From: an uncultured Candidatus Saccharibacteria bacterium
GTDB lineage: Bacteria > Patescibacteriota > Dojkabacteria > SC72
Length of the DNA stretch: 36,921 nt
Direction of reading: 5' to 3'
Assembly (NCBI GenBank): GCA_964593535.1
Contig: CAZQHF010000002.1
Location: 1 to 36,921 of the forward strand
Position 1 is the stretch's first letter. Each line of letters begins with the position of its first letter. Below the pieces are notes generated by a model. The model did not search any database. It saw only the letters and a list, made by a program, of their open reading frames with translations, and was not told where the DNA came from. A program made the translations under genes and the position numbers. This document shows, one piece after another, positions 26,475-35,479 of this stretch.

Positions 26475-29192
26475 CTATATTATCCAGCTCTCTTTTATAT
26501 CTATTTCTTCTCCAGCTTTTAATCTCCCTTCTACAATTTCTTTAGCAATATTTCCCTCTATATGATCCTGTATATATCTTTTTATTGGTCTTGCACCAAG
26601 TCCAGGATCATTTGCTTTACTAGCGATTAATTGTGGAATAACATTACTCCATGTAAGCTTAATACCTTTCTCAGATAGTCTTTGAGCTAATTCTGTCAGT
26701 AAAAGCTCAGATATTTTAGAAAGATTTTCAATATCATGAGGATGGAATACTAAAATTTTATCAAATCTATTTAGTAGTTCTGGTTTAATTGATTGTCTAA
26801 GCTCAATTAAGGACCTATCTTTTGCTTCCTGCCATGTTGTATTACGATTTGAAAGGCTTTCAAGAAGAATATTACTTGCTATATTGCTTGTACAAATTAT
26901 TATGCTGTGTGTAAAGTCTACAGTTTCTCCTAATGTACTTGTCAGCCTACCCTCATCAAAAATTTGAAGAAAAAGGTCTAGTATTTGAGGATGGGCTTTT
27001 TCTATCTCATCAAAAAGAACGACAGTATATGGATTACTCTTTATTCTATCAACAAGAGAGGTTGATGACTTACTTAGTAAATTGTTATCACCACTACTTC
27101 CAAGGAATTTTTCAACACTATCAATTGTTTTGTACTCGGACATATCAACTCTTATCATATCTGATGTACTCCCAAAGTATTCTTGTGCGAGTACTTTAGA
27201 AATATGTGTTTTACCGACACCAGTTGGTCCCATGAAGAGGAATGTTCCTATTGGTCTGTTTGGATCTCGTATATCTATCTGTGCTCTTGTAAGGGCTTCT
27301 GCTAACGATTTTACAGCCTCATCTTGTCCTATTATCTGCTTTCTCATATTTTCTTCTAGCTTCATCAGCTTGGTTGTCTCTTGTGGATTTATACTCCCAA
27401 TTGGAATACCTTTCTGATTTGAAAGAACTTTTGATACATGTTCTCCTGTTATTACCTCAATTCCATTTGCCTGTGCCCATGAGCATGTTTCTTCAAGAAG
27501 TTGAACGGCACTGCTTGGGAGCTTTCTTTCTCTGTTATATCTTTGTGATAATTCTACAGCACTAATTAAAGCAGGAAATGTAAGATATATTCCAAAGTTT
27601 CTTTCTAGTTGTGATACCTTTGTTTCAAGAATGAGTAGTGCATCAACAGCAGAGATTTCTTTAATCTCAATATTAGTAAAGGATTGCCTAAGGGATTCCA
27701 TGCTGTAAAAGTATTTTTTGTAGTCTGCATAATTTACTGTACCTACAACAGGAAACTTACTGTTTAATATATATGGAAGAAGTATACCTGCGATAGAATG
27801 GCCGCTTTCACTTGCTTTTGAAGGAATTAATTCCTGCATTTCATCAATGTAAAGTATTACATCTCCTGCATTCTCAAGTTCCCTCATTGCCTTAGAGATT
27901 AATGACTCCATGTTCTGTTCTTTAGATGACAGGGCTATTAGTCCATTTACATCAAGCTGTAGGATTCTTTTATCCTTTATTTGTGGCGGAACATCTCCAG
28001 AGTTTATTCTTTGAGCAATTCCTAGTACTATGCTGGACTTCCCTACTCCAGGCTCCCCAATTAACAGTGCATTCCTATTTGATACTTTTCCAATAACAGA
28101 GATTAAGCTCTCTATTTCTTCATCATGTCCTATTCCGTATATATCTCTTTCTTCTGCTGCTTTTTCATTTAGATTCTTTGCGAAATGACTTAATATGTAT
28201 GTATATCCATATATCCACTCTCTTGCGACCCCTCCTCTTCTAAAATATGGGTTATTGGGATTAAAGATATTTGCCTTTTTCTTTTTATCTTCTTCATATG
28301 ACTGATATCTTACAACCTCCCTTAAAATATCTATTGATGAGCTCTGAGACTGCAGTACTTGTCCTAATGCTGGGAATACATTAAAAAGAGCAAGTGCTAA
28401 ATGCCTTGGTTCTATCTCTGTAGATGATGTAAGGAGGGCCTCATTTAAAGCATAAAGGATTAAACTTCTAATTGCCGTATAGGAATATTTTGGTAAAGTT
28501 TCCTTTGTTACATTATTTTGTTTAAATACTTCTTCATTAAGAAGTATATTTGCTCTTTGGAAAATTTCTTGTATCTGAGGTTGTACAAGTAGATCTGTAA
28601 ATACAAGAGAGATATCTATTTCATTGTTTATTGTATTAGTACATATAATATCGAGTGTGGATTCATTTACAAAGTTTATAGCTTCAAAATGGGCATATCT
28701 TCCCAATTTAAATCCGCTTATTCTTATCTCTTCAAGGTCATTAAGAGGTATTCTTTCTGCTTTTGGCAGTCTCACAGGATGACTTTTATCTTTAAAATAA
28801 TCATACCAGAGAAAGTAGACATTAAACATTGATATTCCAAAGAGAGTATTTGATATGTTGCTCGAAAGAAAATCGTTAATAATTTCAGGTATATTAATTA
28901 TTCCAAGATATCTTACAATGTAACCTAGGGCTATAAAGAGACCAGGGAAGAGAAGAATATTTGCAATTACCCTAATCTGGTTGTTTACATTTTTGTATTT
29001 AAGATAATTTGAGAGTACATTTGATATTTGAGGTGTAGATATTGTAAAAAATTGATCTCTTGTTACTAAGAAAAGAGCATCAGTTTCTTTTGTAAGTATA
29101 GGGTACTTCTTTTCTATAATCTCAAGCTTGTTTGTATCCTTTTCATGATGTCCGATAATTGTTCTGTTCTGCCATCCATAATCTATAGCCAT
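26475..29192 (-). CDS. Two-ring Clp/Hsp100-type AAA+ ATPase with an N-terminal transmembrane segment
   Basis: 905 aa. D1 has GEPGVGKSS and ILYIDEMQ. D2 has GPTGVGKTH and VVLFDEIEKAHP. GARPIKRYIQ sensor-2 region. Two hydrophobic spans lie near residues 75-130, ahead of a Clp_N-like region. No long ClpB-type middle coiled coil is evident between D1 and D2. Confidence 0.85.
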   Translation of the reverse strand: MAIDYGWQNRTIIGHHEKDTNKLEIIEKKYPILTKETDALFLVTRDQFFTISTPQISNVLSNYLKYKNVNNQIRVIANILLFPGLFIALGYIVRYLGIINIPEIINDFLSSNISNTLFGISMFNVYFLWYDYFKDKSHPVRLPKAERIPLNDLEEIRISGFKLGRYAHFEAINFVNESTLDIICTNTINNEIDISLVFTDLLVQPQIQEIFQRANILLNEEVFKQNNVTKETLPKYSYTAIRSLILYALNEALLTSSTEIEPRHLALALFNVFPALGQVLQSQSSSIDILREVVRYQSYEEDKKKKANIFNPNNPYFRRGGVAREWIYGYTYILSHFAKNLNEKAAEERDIYGIGHDEEIESLISVIGKVSNRNALLIGEPGVGKSSIVLGIAQRINSGDVPPQIKDKRILQLDVNGLIALSSKEQNMESLISKAMRELENAGDVILYIDEMQELIPSKASESGHSIAGILLPYILNSKFPVVGTVNYADYKKYFYSMESLRQSFTNIEIKEISAVDALLILETKVSQLERNFGIYLTFPALISAVELSQRYNRERKLPSSAVQLLEETCSWAQANGIEVITGEHVSKVLSNQKGIPIGSINPQETTKLMKLEENMRKQIIGQDEAVKSLAEALTRAQIDIRDPNRPIGTFLFMGPTGVGKTHISKVLAQEYFGSTSDMIRVDMSEYKTIDSVEKFLGSSGDNNLLSKSSTSLVDRIKSNPYTVVLFDEIEKAHPQILDLFLQIFDEGRLTSTLGETVDFTHSIIICTSNIASNILLESLSNRNTTWQEAKDRSLIELRQSIKPELLNRFDKILVFHPHDIENLSKISELLLTELAQRLSEKGIKLTWSNVIPQLIASKANDPGLGARPIKRYIQDHIEGNIAKEIVEGRLKAGEEIDIKESWII

Positions 29193-29194
29193 AG

Positions 29195-29599
29195 TTATAT
29201 TCCTAATAATGATTTAAAGATAAAGAGAAGAGTTACAGGAGGAAGTAAAAACCAGACAAGTATTAAAGCAGTATACATTGTACAAAAAAGTAGATATATA
29301 CCAACTGCTATTGGGAGATAGAGAATCTTTATTAGAATTCCAAATACATAACCTATAAATGAGAAATCTCTATGCCATGGCAGAAAGAAATTCTTTAAAA
29401 GAAGAGTTATTGACAGATTATCATCAAGAAATACTGATATTCTTCCAAGCATTTTAAGATGCCACATACTCATTTTTGTATACCACCACCTTATAAATTG
29501 CTTAAAGGTATACCCTATTATCTCAATATTGCTATCTACGTCACTTTCATTTAATAGCTGTTGACCGCTGCTGTTTGTTAAAATATTTTGTTGTACCAT
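29195..29599 (-). CDS. Small polytopic membrane protein, probably co-transcribed with the Clp-type ATPase
   Basis: 134 aa with a C-terminal half made of hydrophobic helices. Its stop lies 2 nt before the ATPase start codon. Confidence 0.5.
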   Translation of the reverse strand: MVQQNILTNSSGQQLLNESDVDSNIEIIGYTFKQFIRWWYTKMSMWHLKMLGRISVFLDDNLSITLLLKNFFLPWHRDFSFIGYVFGILIKILYLPIAVGIYLLFCTMYTALILVWFLLPPVTLLFIFKSLLGI

Positions 29600-29652
29600 T
29601 TTTATGCCTTTTCTGCCTCCAGTTTATTGTAATTTAGATATTTTTTCAAGGA

Positions 29653-30624
29653 TTGGATATGATAGAATTAACAGCTATGAATATATATGACACTCTTAGA
29701 AAACCAATTATCTCTCTTGCTCCCATGGAAGATGTTACAGATACAGTATTTAGACAGATTGTTGCATCTGTATGTAGACCAGATCTCTTTTATACTGAAT
29801 TTGTTAATGTAGAAGGATTGAACTCAAAAGGAAGAAATAAAGTGATTCATAGATTAAAATATGATAAGAGTGAGAAGCCAATAATAGCACAGCTGTGGGG
29901 TATTAAATCAGAGAATTTCTACAAAGCTTCTGTTATAGTTCGAGAGTTAGGTTTTGATGGTATAGACATTAATATGGGCTGTGCTGTAAAAAAGGTTTCT
30001 TTAAAAAATGCAGGAATTGGAATGATTAATGCAGACAGGGATCTGGTTAAAGATATAATACAAAGTGTAAAGGATGGTGCTAAGAATTTACCTGTTTCTG
30101 TTAAAACAAGAATTGGCTGGAAAGAGTATGATCAAAGCTGGATTGAATTTTTGCTTAAGCAAAACCTAAATGTTCTTACAGTACATGGGAGGTCTGCCAT
30201 TGGGGAGAATGCACAGAGTGCTGATTGGGAGAAGATTTCACTGTGTGTGAAATTAAGGGATGGAATAAATAAAGGGACTTTAATATTTGGCAATGGTGAT
30301 GTTAAATCCGTTAAACAGGCAAATGAATATTACAAAAGATTTAATGTTGATGGTGTGATGATTGGGAGAGCTGCTATTACTAGTCCATGGATATTTAGTG
30401 GTAAAGAGGCATTAACTCAAAATGAGAAAATTGAACTTTTTAAAAAGCATATTCTTCTTTTTAAAGATACATGGGGTGATTCAAAAGATTTTAGTGTATT
30501 AAAGAAATTTGTTAAGTCGTATATCTCTGGTTTTCCCGAAGCACAAAATATTAGAGAAGAAATGATGAAAACAAAGAGTGTTGATGAGTTATTAAGGATA
30601 ATAGATGGTATAATATTACATTAA
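29653..30624 (+). CDS. tRNA-dihydrouridine synthase (Dus family)
   Basis: LAPMEDVTDTVFRQI, DINMGC, and TVHGR...GNGD...DGVMIGRAA. The real start may be ATG at 29659. Confidence 0.85.
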   Translation: MDMIELTAMNIYDTLRKPIISLAPMEDVTDTVFRQIVASVCRPDLFYTEFVNVEGLNSKGRNKVIHRLKYDKSEKPIIAQLWGIKSENFYKASVIVRELGFDGIDINMGCAVKKVSLKNAGIGMINADRDLVKDIIQSVKDGAKNLPVSVKTRIGWKEYDQSWIEFLLKQNLNVLTVHGRSAIGENAQSADWEKISLCVKLRDGINKGTLIFGNGDVKSVKQANEYYKRFNVDGVMIGRAAITSPWIFSGKEALTQNEKIELFKKHILLFKDTWGDSKDFSVLKKFVKSYISGFPEAQNIREEMMKTKSVDELLRIIDGIILH

Positions 30625-30641
30625 TTTATTGATATAAATGT

Positions 30642-31169
30642 ATGCCTATTCCACCATGGTGTGAGAGTAAGGAGTTTAATCAAGAACCTTTAGATTCTTT
30701 ACTCACCTCTATTAACTCTGCCCTAGAGAGTGATGAAGATGAACTACCTTTGGACCATATTATGAATGACTTAACATTGAAGGATATTGATAATCATATA
30801 AGAAAGATTGAATTAGATGGGGATTTACCTTTTAAATTAGTTAGGATTACAGATTCCCAGATTAAAGATGAAAAGACATTTTTAGATATTTGTGAGCATT
30901 GTTTTATTTCAGGTGTTAGATATAATCCTAAATTGGAAAATAAAGTATATTTTATTGAAACAGCGGACAATGCAGTAGTAGTTATTCCAATTCAATTAGA
31001 AAAAGGTTTAATTAATATACATATAGATTTGTTAGATAAAGAACATATACCTCAATCGGTGTATGATATGTATATAGAGTCGGGGAAAAAGACATTAGAG
31101 CAACTTAAAGGACAAAGTGTTTTTTTAAAACCAAATGAATTAAGATCTAAGCCACGGAAATACAAGTAA
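30642..31169 (+). CDS. Hypothetical protein
   Basis: 175-aa ORF. No motif recognised. Confidence 0.45.
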   Translation: MPIPPWCESKEFNQEPLDSLLTSINSALESDEDELPLDHIMNDLTLKDIDNHIRKIELDGDLPFKLVRITDSQIKDEKTFLDICEHCFISGVRYNPKLENKVYFIETADNAVVVIPIQLEKGLINIHIDLLDKEHIPQSVYDMYIESGKKTLEQLKGQSVFLKPNELRSKPRKYK

Positions 31170-31297
31170 CTTTTTGTGGTGGGAAGTGTCTTGCAAAATA
31201 TGTACAACCATATCCTGAGTACCTTGATAGCTTCTTTGAGAATGATAATGATTTTAAACAAAAGTAAGTAATGATATAACTAAATGGATTGAAGAGT

Positions 31298-31948
31298 ATG
31301 AATAAGAAGTTTCTTTCACAGTTAAAAGATGATGGATATATACCTGTTGATAGAGCATTCTTTAAAAGAGATTCAATTACTGTATCTCAAGATTTATTAG
31401 GTTGTATACTTGTTTCTGAAAAAGACAATATACTTACTGGAGGAAAGATTGTTGAAACTGAGGCATATCCTAATACTGATGCAGGTTCTCATGTTTTTAA
31501 AAGAAATATAACAGAGAGAACTAAATATCAGTTATTAGAGGGTGGTCATCTTTATCTATACCTTATATACGGTATGTATATTATGACTTCAATTGTTACA
31601 AATGATAAAGATATTCCAGATGTATCATTTATTCGTTCTATAGAGCCAATTTATGGCAAAGAAGAGATGTTTAAGAGAAGAGGTATAAACAATGAAAGGA
31701 ACTTATCAAACGGTCCAGGTAGAGTGTCCGAATGTCTTCGCATCACCATTAAAGATCAAGGAAAAGATCTTGTTGACACACATTCGGACATTTATGTAGT
31801 TAAGCCTATTTTACGTCAAAATATAGATATTTGTACTGGTAAAAGAATTAATCTTGGAATGCATGGTAAAACAGAGAAAGATGCATTAGATGCTATCAAT
31901 AGAAATTGGAGATTTTATATTAAAGGAAGTAAATTTTTAAGTAAATAA
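31298..31948 (+). CDS. DNA-3-methyladenine glycosylase, Mpg/AAG family
   Basis: GGKIVETEAYPNTDAGSHVF...GGHLYLYLIYGMYIMTSIV...IRSIEP...NGPGRVSECL matches the conserved AAG-family blocks. Start placed at the first ATG; the track uses an upstream TTG at 31289. Confidence 0.8.
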   Translation: MNKKFLSQLKDDGYIPVDRAFFKRDSITVSQDLLGCILVSEKDNILTGGKIVETEAYPNTDAGSHVFKRNITERTKYQLLEGGHLYLYLIYGMYIMTSIVTNDKDIPDVSFIRSIEPIYGKEEMFKRRGINNERNLSNGPGRVSECLRITIKDQGKDLVDTHSDIYVVKPILRQNIDICTGKRINLGMHGKTEKDALDAINRNWRFYIKGSKFLSK

Positions 31949-31991
31949 TATTTGGAGATTGTTTCTTTAATGTATTTTATATGTATTTTCA

Positions 31992-32213
31992 CTATTTTCT
32001 TTCTTCTTCTGGCAAGTAATATATTAGTTTCTCTATTCCCCAGTACTCTTGTTCTTCCTCGGGGATATTAGTTACTCTTTCTGAGGTTATAAGTGTAATA
32101 CCATTTGTATCATCAAAAAATGGAATAGATAAAGAGCTTACGTTTTTAGGTAAAATCTCAAGAATTTTATCTGTTATAGTCTTTATTTCATCTTTATCAG
32201 TGGTATTTGCCAA
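31992..32213 (-). CDS. Small acidic hypothetical protein
   Basis: 73-aa ORF. Only a TTG start is available and there is no RBS. Weak support. Confidence 0.3.
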   Translation of the reverse strand: MANTTDKDEIKTITDKILEILPKNVSSLSIPFFDDTNGITLITSERVTNIPEEEQEYWGIEKLIYYLPEEERK

Positions 32214-32306
32214 ATCATTAATATATTCTATTAAAGGATTATTGTTTGTATTGTTTTCTATGATTACTTCTCTGTTTCCCGTATATTATTATATATTAAG
32301 TTGAAT

Positions 32307-32341
32307 ATTGTGGGCTACACTTTCAGGCATGGAACTTAAAA
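32307..32341 (+). repeat. 35-nt bipartite intergenic repeat, copy 1
   Basis: ATTGTGGGCTACACTTTCAGGCATGGAACTTAAAA. It shares a 5' box ATnGTGGG and an exact 13-nt 3' box ATGGAACTTAAAA with copies 2 and 3, at identical spacing. Confidence 0.75.
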
Positions 32342-32378
32342 TTCTATATTTTCTCTTTCTAATGATATAATTAAAATT

Positions 32379-33167
32379 ATGATTCAAAAGGAAGAACTAA
32401 ACAAAAAGGTTAGAGAAAACATTGAAAGATATCTTAACTTGAACATATTAAATCAAAAAATATCATGTCCGTATGCTATAAACTTCGTAGAGCAAGAATT
32501 TCTTTCCTTAATGAAACAATCTTCTATTGAGGAAGAGAAGATTGAAGAAGTACACAAATTATACAAAGGAAACAAAACCAAATACGGTTGGTTTAGAGGT
32601 AAAGGAACACCTGAGGAATTAGAGTTTGCATTTTTAGAAATATCCAAAGCTAGAAATTTCAATATACAGAATGCTTCTCCTGAAGGCATCCGAGAAACCA
32701 TGAAGCTGTTTGGACTTGGTATAGATTGCTCTGGGTATATATACAATGTTTTACTAGCAGGTTTTAAATCTTTCAGTATGGAGAATCAATTTATACAATC
32801 TTTAGCATGGAAAGAAAAAGATAAAACGGGAGTCTCTAAAGCATCTGTAGATGTCTTCTCTGAGACTGCTAGTACTATTCTTACGGATTTAAGTTCTCTT
32901 TCTGATTTAGACTTATTGCTTTTAAAAGACGAAAATGGCTCATATACTCATATAGCTATGATGTTGAAAGATGAAGGTCAATTTAAAATAACTCAATCGG
33001 TCTTTAATATTATTCCAAATGGAGTAAGGATTGATGGTATGAAGATAGAAGAAAATATCCCGAAATTTGAATTCAAAGTAGATATTGGAACTGATTGGGA
33101 TATATTGTATGCAAATAACCAAATAGAATTCAGAAGATTAAATATCATGATGAGTTGTGTTAAATAG
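32379..33167 (+). CDS. Hypothetical protein with an NlpC/P60-like Cys/His signature and no signal peptide
   Basis: GLGIDCSGYIYNVL resembles the G-x-DCSG-[FL]-[VI] catalytic box of C40 peptidases. A later YTHIAMML could supply the His. The N-terminus is hydrophilic. Confidence 0.4.
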   Translation: MIQKEELNKKVRENIERYLNLNILNQKISCPYAINFVEQEFLSLMKQSSIEEEKIEEVHKLYKGNKTKYGWFRGKGTPEELEFAFLEISKARNFNIQNASPEGIRETMKLFGLGIDCSGYIYNVLLAGFKSFSMENQFIQSLAWKEKDKTGVSKASVDVFSETASTILTDLSSLSDLDLLLLKDENGSYTHIAMMLKDEGQFKITQSVFNIIPNGVRIDGMKIEENIPKFEFKVDIGTDWDILYANNQIEFRRLNIMMSCVK

Positions 33168-33217
33168 CTTGGACTTAAGAAAAATGTATACTTAATAGCT
33201 AATATAGTTTTAGATAA

Positions 33218-33991
33218 ATGGATAATAAAGCAAAAATAAAAGAAATATATAACAGAAATGCAAGAATCTGGACAAAGAAGTATTCATTAAGAAATTATAC
33301 CCATACAAATATTGAGAAACCAGCAATTTTAAATCTCCTAGGAGATATAGAAGGCAAGGAAATACTATGTATAGGTTGTGGAGATGGAGAAGAAGCAAAT
33401 ATGTTTTATCAGAGAGGATCAAAGGTTGTAGGTTTTGATATATCAGAAGAACAAATAAAAATTGCGAAGGCAAAGTATCCTGATATAGATTTTTATGTTG
33501 GTGATATGGAAACTTTTTCTATTAACAAGAAATTTGATATAGCATATGCAGGTTTTGTAGCACATTATTTACCTAATTATAAGAGATTTCTATCCAATAC
33601 TAGTACTTTATTAAAAGTAAATGGAGAATTAATTTTCTCAATAATTCACCCAATCAAAAGAGCCCTAGATATTAAAATATTTAATGGTAGAAGATATAAG
33701 ATTTTGGGTAGCTCTAAATTGGAAGATGGTAGTAATCAGGAAGTTTATGGAGATTATCTCAATTCGAGAAAGGTCAAAATTAAATTTGGAGAAGATTTTG
33801 AAACCATTAATTATCATACAACTATTGGGGAACAGATACGAGATATTTTAAATTCTGATTTTGAACTTATTGATTTTGTTGAACCAAAACCAATAGCAAG
33901 TTCAAAAGAAGAATATCCCGATAAATATGTAACAGATTGTAAGATACCAGAAGTATTAATATACCATTTGAGAAAAGTAAAAGGTAGGTAA
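33218..33991 (+). CDS. Class I SAM-dependent methyltransferase
   Basis: Motif I ILCIGCGDGEE, then an acidic residue at the end of beta-2 (VVGFDIS), then DIAYAGFVAHYL. Confidence 0.8.
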   Translation: MDNKAKIKEIYNRNARIWTKKYSLRNYTHTNIEKPAILNLLGDIEGKEILCIGCGDGEEANMFYQRGSKVVGFDISEEQIKIAKAKYPDIDFYVGDMETFSINKKFDIAYAGFVAHYLPNYKRFLSNTSTLLKVNGELIFSIIHPIKRALDIKIFNGRRYKILGSSKLEDGSNQEVYGDYLNSRKVKIKFGEDFETINYHTTIGEQIRDILNSDFELIDFVEPKPIASSKEEYPDKYVTDCKIPEVLIYHLRKVKGR

Positions 33992-33993
33992 TA

Positions 33994-34028
33994 ATGGTGG
34001 GAGATACAAAATAGTATGGAACTTAAAA
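33994..34028 (+). repeat. 35-nt bipartite intergenic repeat, copy 2
   Basis: ATGGTGGGAGATACAAAATAGTATGGAACTTAAAA. Begins 2 nt after the methyltransferase stop. Confidence 0.75.
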
Positions 34029-34101
34029 CTCAACTAACCATTATTCTTGGTTTAAATTCATAGTCTTATCCTCAACTTAAAGATAGTATATAATAACTTA
34101 A

Positions 34102-35241
34102 ATGAGAACACTATCTAAACAAGCAATACAACAAGATATAAAAGAACTTCAAAAAAAGTTGGAAGAAATTCATCCTAATCTATATAAATATATTTCCAAA
34201 AAAGATTTCAGTACCTTGTTAACTAAAGATACGAAGAGAATTAATAATATACAGGATTTAGGTCTTGCAATTATGACTATTCTTGCAAAACTGGATGATG
34301 GACATACATACTTAGATCTTTCTTATGAAGTTTTTGGAACAAATAGTTTTATGTTCAAATTTAGATTCCTGAACGATGGATACTACCTAATAAAATCTTC
34401 AGAAACCTTATCTGATTATTTAGGTTCAAAATTAATTGGTATAAATAATCATACAATCCATGATATAGAAACTTCGTTTTCCACTTTAATACCCAAAGAG
34501 AATGAGACCTCTTTAAGGTATTACTTACCGTCCAAACTTATGGAGCCTGTTATTCTTGAATCTTTAAATATAAAAGATGGTAAAAGTATCAAAATCAAGT
34601 TAGAAAAAGATGGAAGACTAGTATCTGTAGACATAGAACCTGAAGATTGTAAAAACAAAATGGTCTCTATCTTTGAAAAGATTCCGAATATAGACAAGAC
34701 CCTTATTGTACAAGACCCTTACTGGTTTGAAGAAATAGCCAATTTAAATGCTTTCTACTTTCAATTTAATGAATGTATTGAAAAGGAAGACTTAACTATA
34801 ATTGAAGTAGTAGAAGCCTTTAAAAAATCCAATTTACCTAACCTAATTATTGACTTAAGAAATAATAAGGGAGGCGATTCTGAAGTTTTAAATCCCTTAA
34901 AGAGATTCCTGAAAAAACATAAAAATAAATATAAGGTGATTGCCATAACAGGTGCCGACACTTATTCCTCTGCGATTATAAATTTACTAGAACTTTCTAA
35001 TCTTCCTAATACCATTTCAGTTGGAGAAGTACCTCATGGTAATCCAACTCACTATGGGGAAATTGAAAGCTTCGTACTCCCTAATTCTCAATTAAAAATC
35101 TTTACCTCTTCAAAGATCTTTAAGTTCAAAGGTTACAAATTAGGAGAAACTTTTAAACCTACATATATTGTTCCTACACGAATTCAAGATCTGATACAGG
35201 GGAAAGACACTCAAATGGAATACTTATCAAAGATTTTATAG
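34102..35241 (+). CDS. S41-family serine peptidase-like protein with no signal peptide
   Basis: LIIDLRNNKGGD (S41 DLRxNxGG box), TGADTYSSAIINLLE (Ser region), and an N-terminal ...LEEIHPNLYKY segment typical of this family. Confidence 0.7.
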   Translation: MRTLSKQAIQQDIKELQKKLEEIHPNLYKYISKKDFSTLLTKDTKRINNIQDLGLAIMTILAKLDDGHTYLDLSYEVFGTNSFMFKFRFLNDGYYLIKSSETLSDYLGSKLIGINNHTIHDIETSFSTLIPKENETSLRYYLPSKLMEPVILESLNIKDGKSIKIKLEKDGRLVSVDIEPEDCKNKMVSIFEKIPNIDKTLIVQDPYWFEEIANLNAFYFQFNECIEKEDLTIIEVVEAFKKSNLPNLIIDLRNNKGGDSEVLNPLKRFLKKHKNKYKVIAITGADTYSSAIINLLELSNLPNTISVGEVPHGNPTHYGEIESFVLPNSQLKIFTSSKIFKFKGYKLGETFKPTYIVPTRIQDLIQGKDTQMEYLSKIL

Positions 35242-35251
35242 AAGAGACCAA

Positions 35252-35306
35252 GCTGGAGATGATTGACAATGTTATGTTGCAAATAAAGCAACCATCCCCA
35301 GCTTTT
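35252..35306 (+). terminator. Compound hairpin and T-run in the convergent spacer
   Basis: GCTGGAGATG (35252-35261) pairs with CATCCCCAGC (35293-35302) with one mismatch. It encloses an inner GTTGC-aaataaa-GCAAC hairpin and is followed by TTTT. Confidence 0.4.
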
Positions 35307-35330
35307 GTGATTACAAAAGGACTTCAAGCA

Positions 35331-35420
35331 TCAAGCACTACCTTTGCATGCGCATTCTTTGTCACCTTTGCAAGCACAGGCGTTCGTCTGAACCTTAATG
35401 GTTACAGTTTTACCGAACAT
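35331..35420 (-). CDS. 29-aa Cys-rich peptide, candidate RiPP precursor (not in the ORF track)
   Basis: Minus strand reads AAAGGAGGTGTGCC-ATG and encodes MFGKTVTIKVQTNACACKGDKECACKGSA*. Strong SD with a 5-nt spacer. Starts 59 nt downstream of the radical SAM/SPASM gene on the same strand. Contains a tandem CACKG motif. Confidence 0.65.
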   Translation of the reverse strand: MFGKTVTIKVQTNACACKGDKECACKGSA

Positions 35421-35448
35421 GGCACACCTCCTTTCTAAAAGGTTACAC

Positions 35449-35477
35449 ATTATAAGGGTTTATTAATCAAACTACAA
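35449..35477 (-). promoter_or_regulatory. Possible sigma-70-type promoter for the small peptide gene
   Basis: Minus strand has TTGTAG (35477-35472), a 17-nt spacer, then TATAAT (35454-35449), lying directly after the rSAM stop codon. The AT-rich context makes chance matches likely. Confidence 0.25.
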
Positions 35478-35479
35478 GA

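Noticed and set aside
31151-31267. A start-less 38-codon open frame in the spacer after the 30642-31169 gene, reading ATEIQVTFCGGKCLAKYVQPYPEYLDSFFENDNDFKQK*. It could be a gene fragment or a frameshifted extension.
   Set aside because: It has no canonical start codon. A stop at 31148 in the same frame blocks a simple frameshift from the upstream gene. I recognise no family. It cannot be supported as a feature from sequence alone.
35302-35319. The CTTTTGT-gatt-ACAAAAG hairpin read as the terminator of the small peptide gene.
   Set aside because: It is a 7-bp stem that is almost entirely A/T, with no U-tract following on the minus strand. It may contribute to a bidirectional terminator with the neighbouring compound hairpin, but is too weak to call separately.
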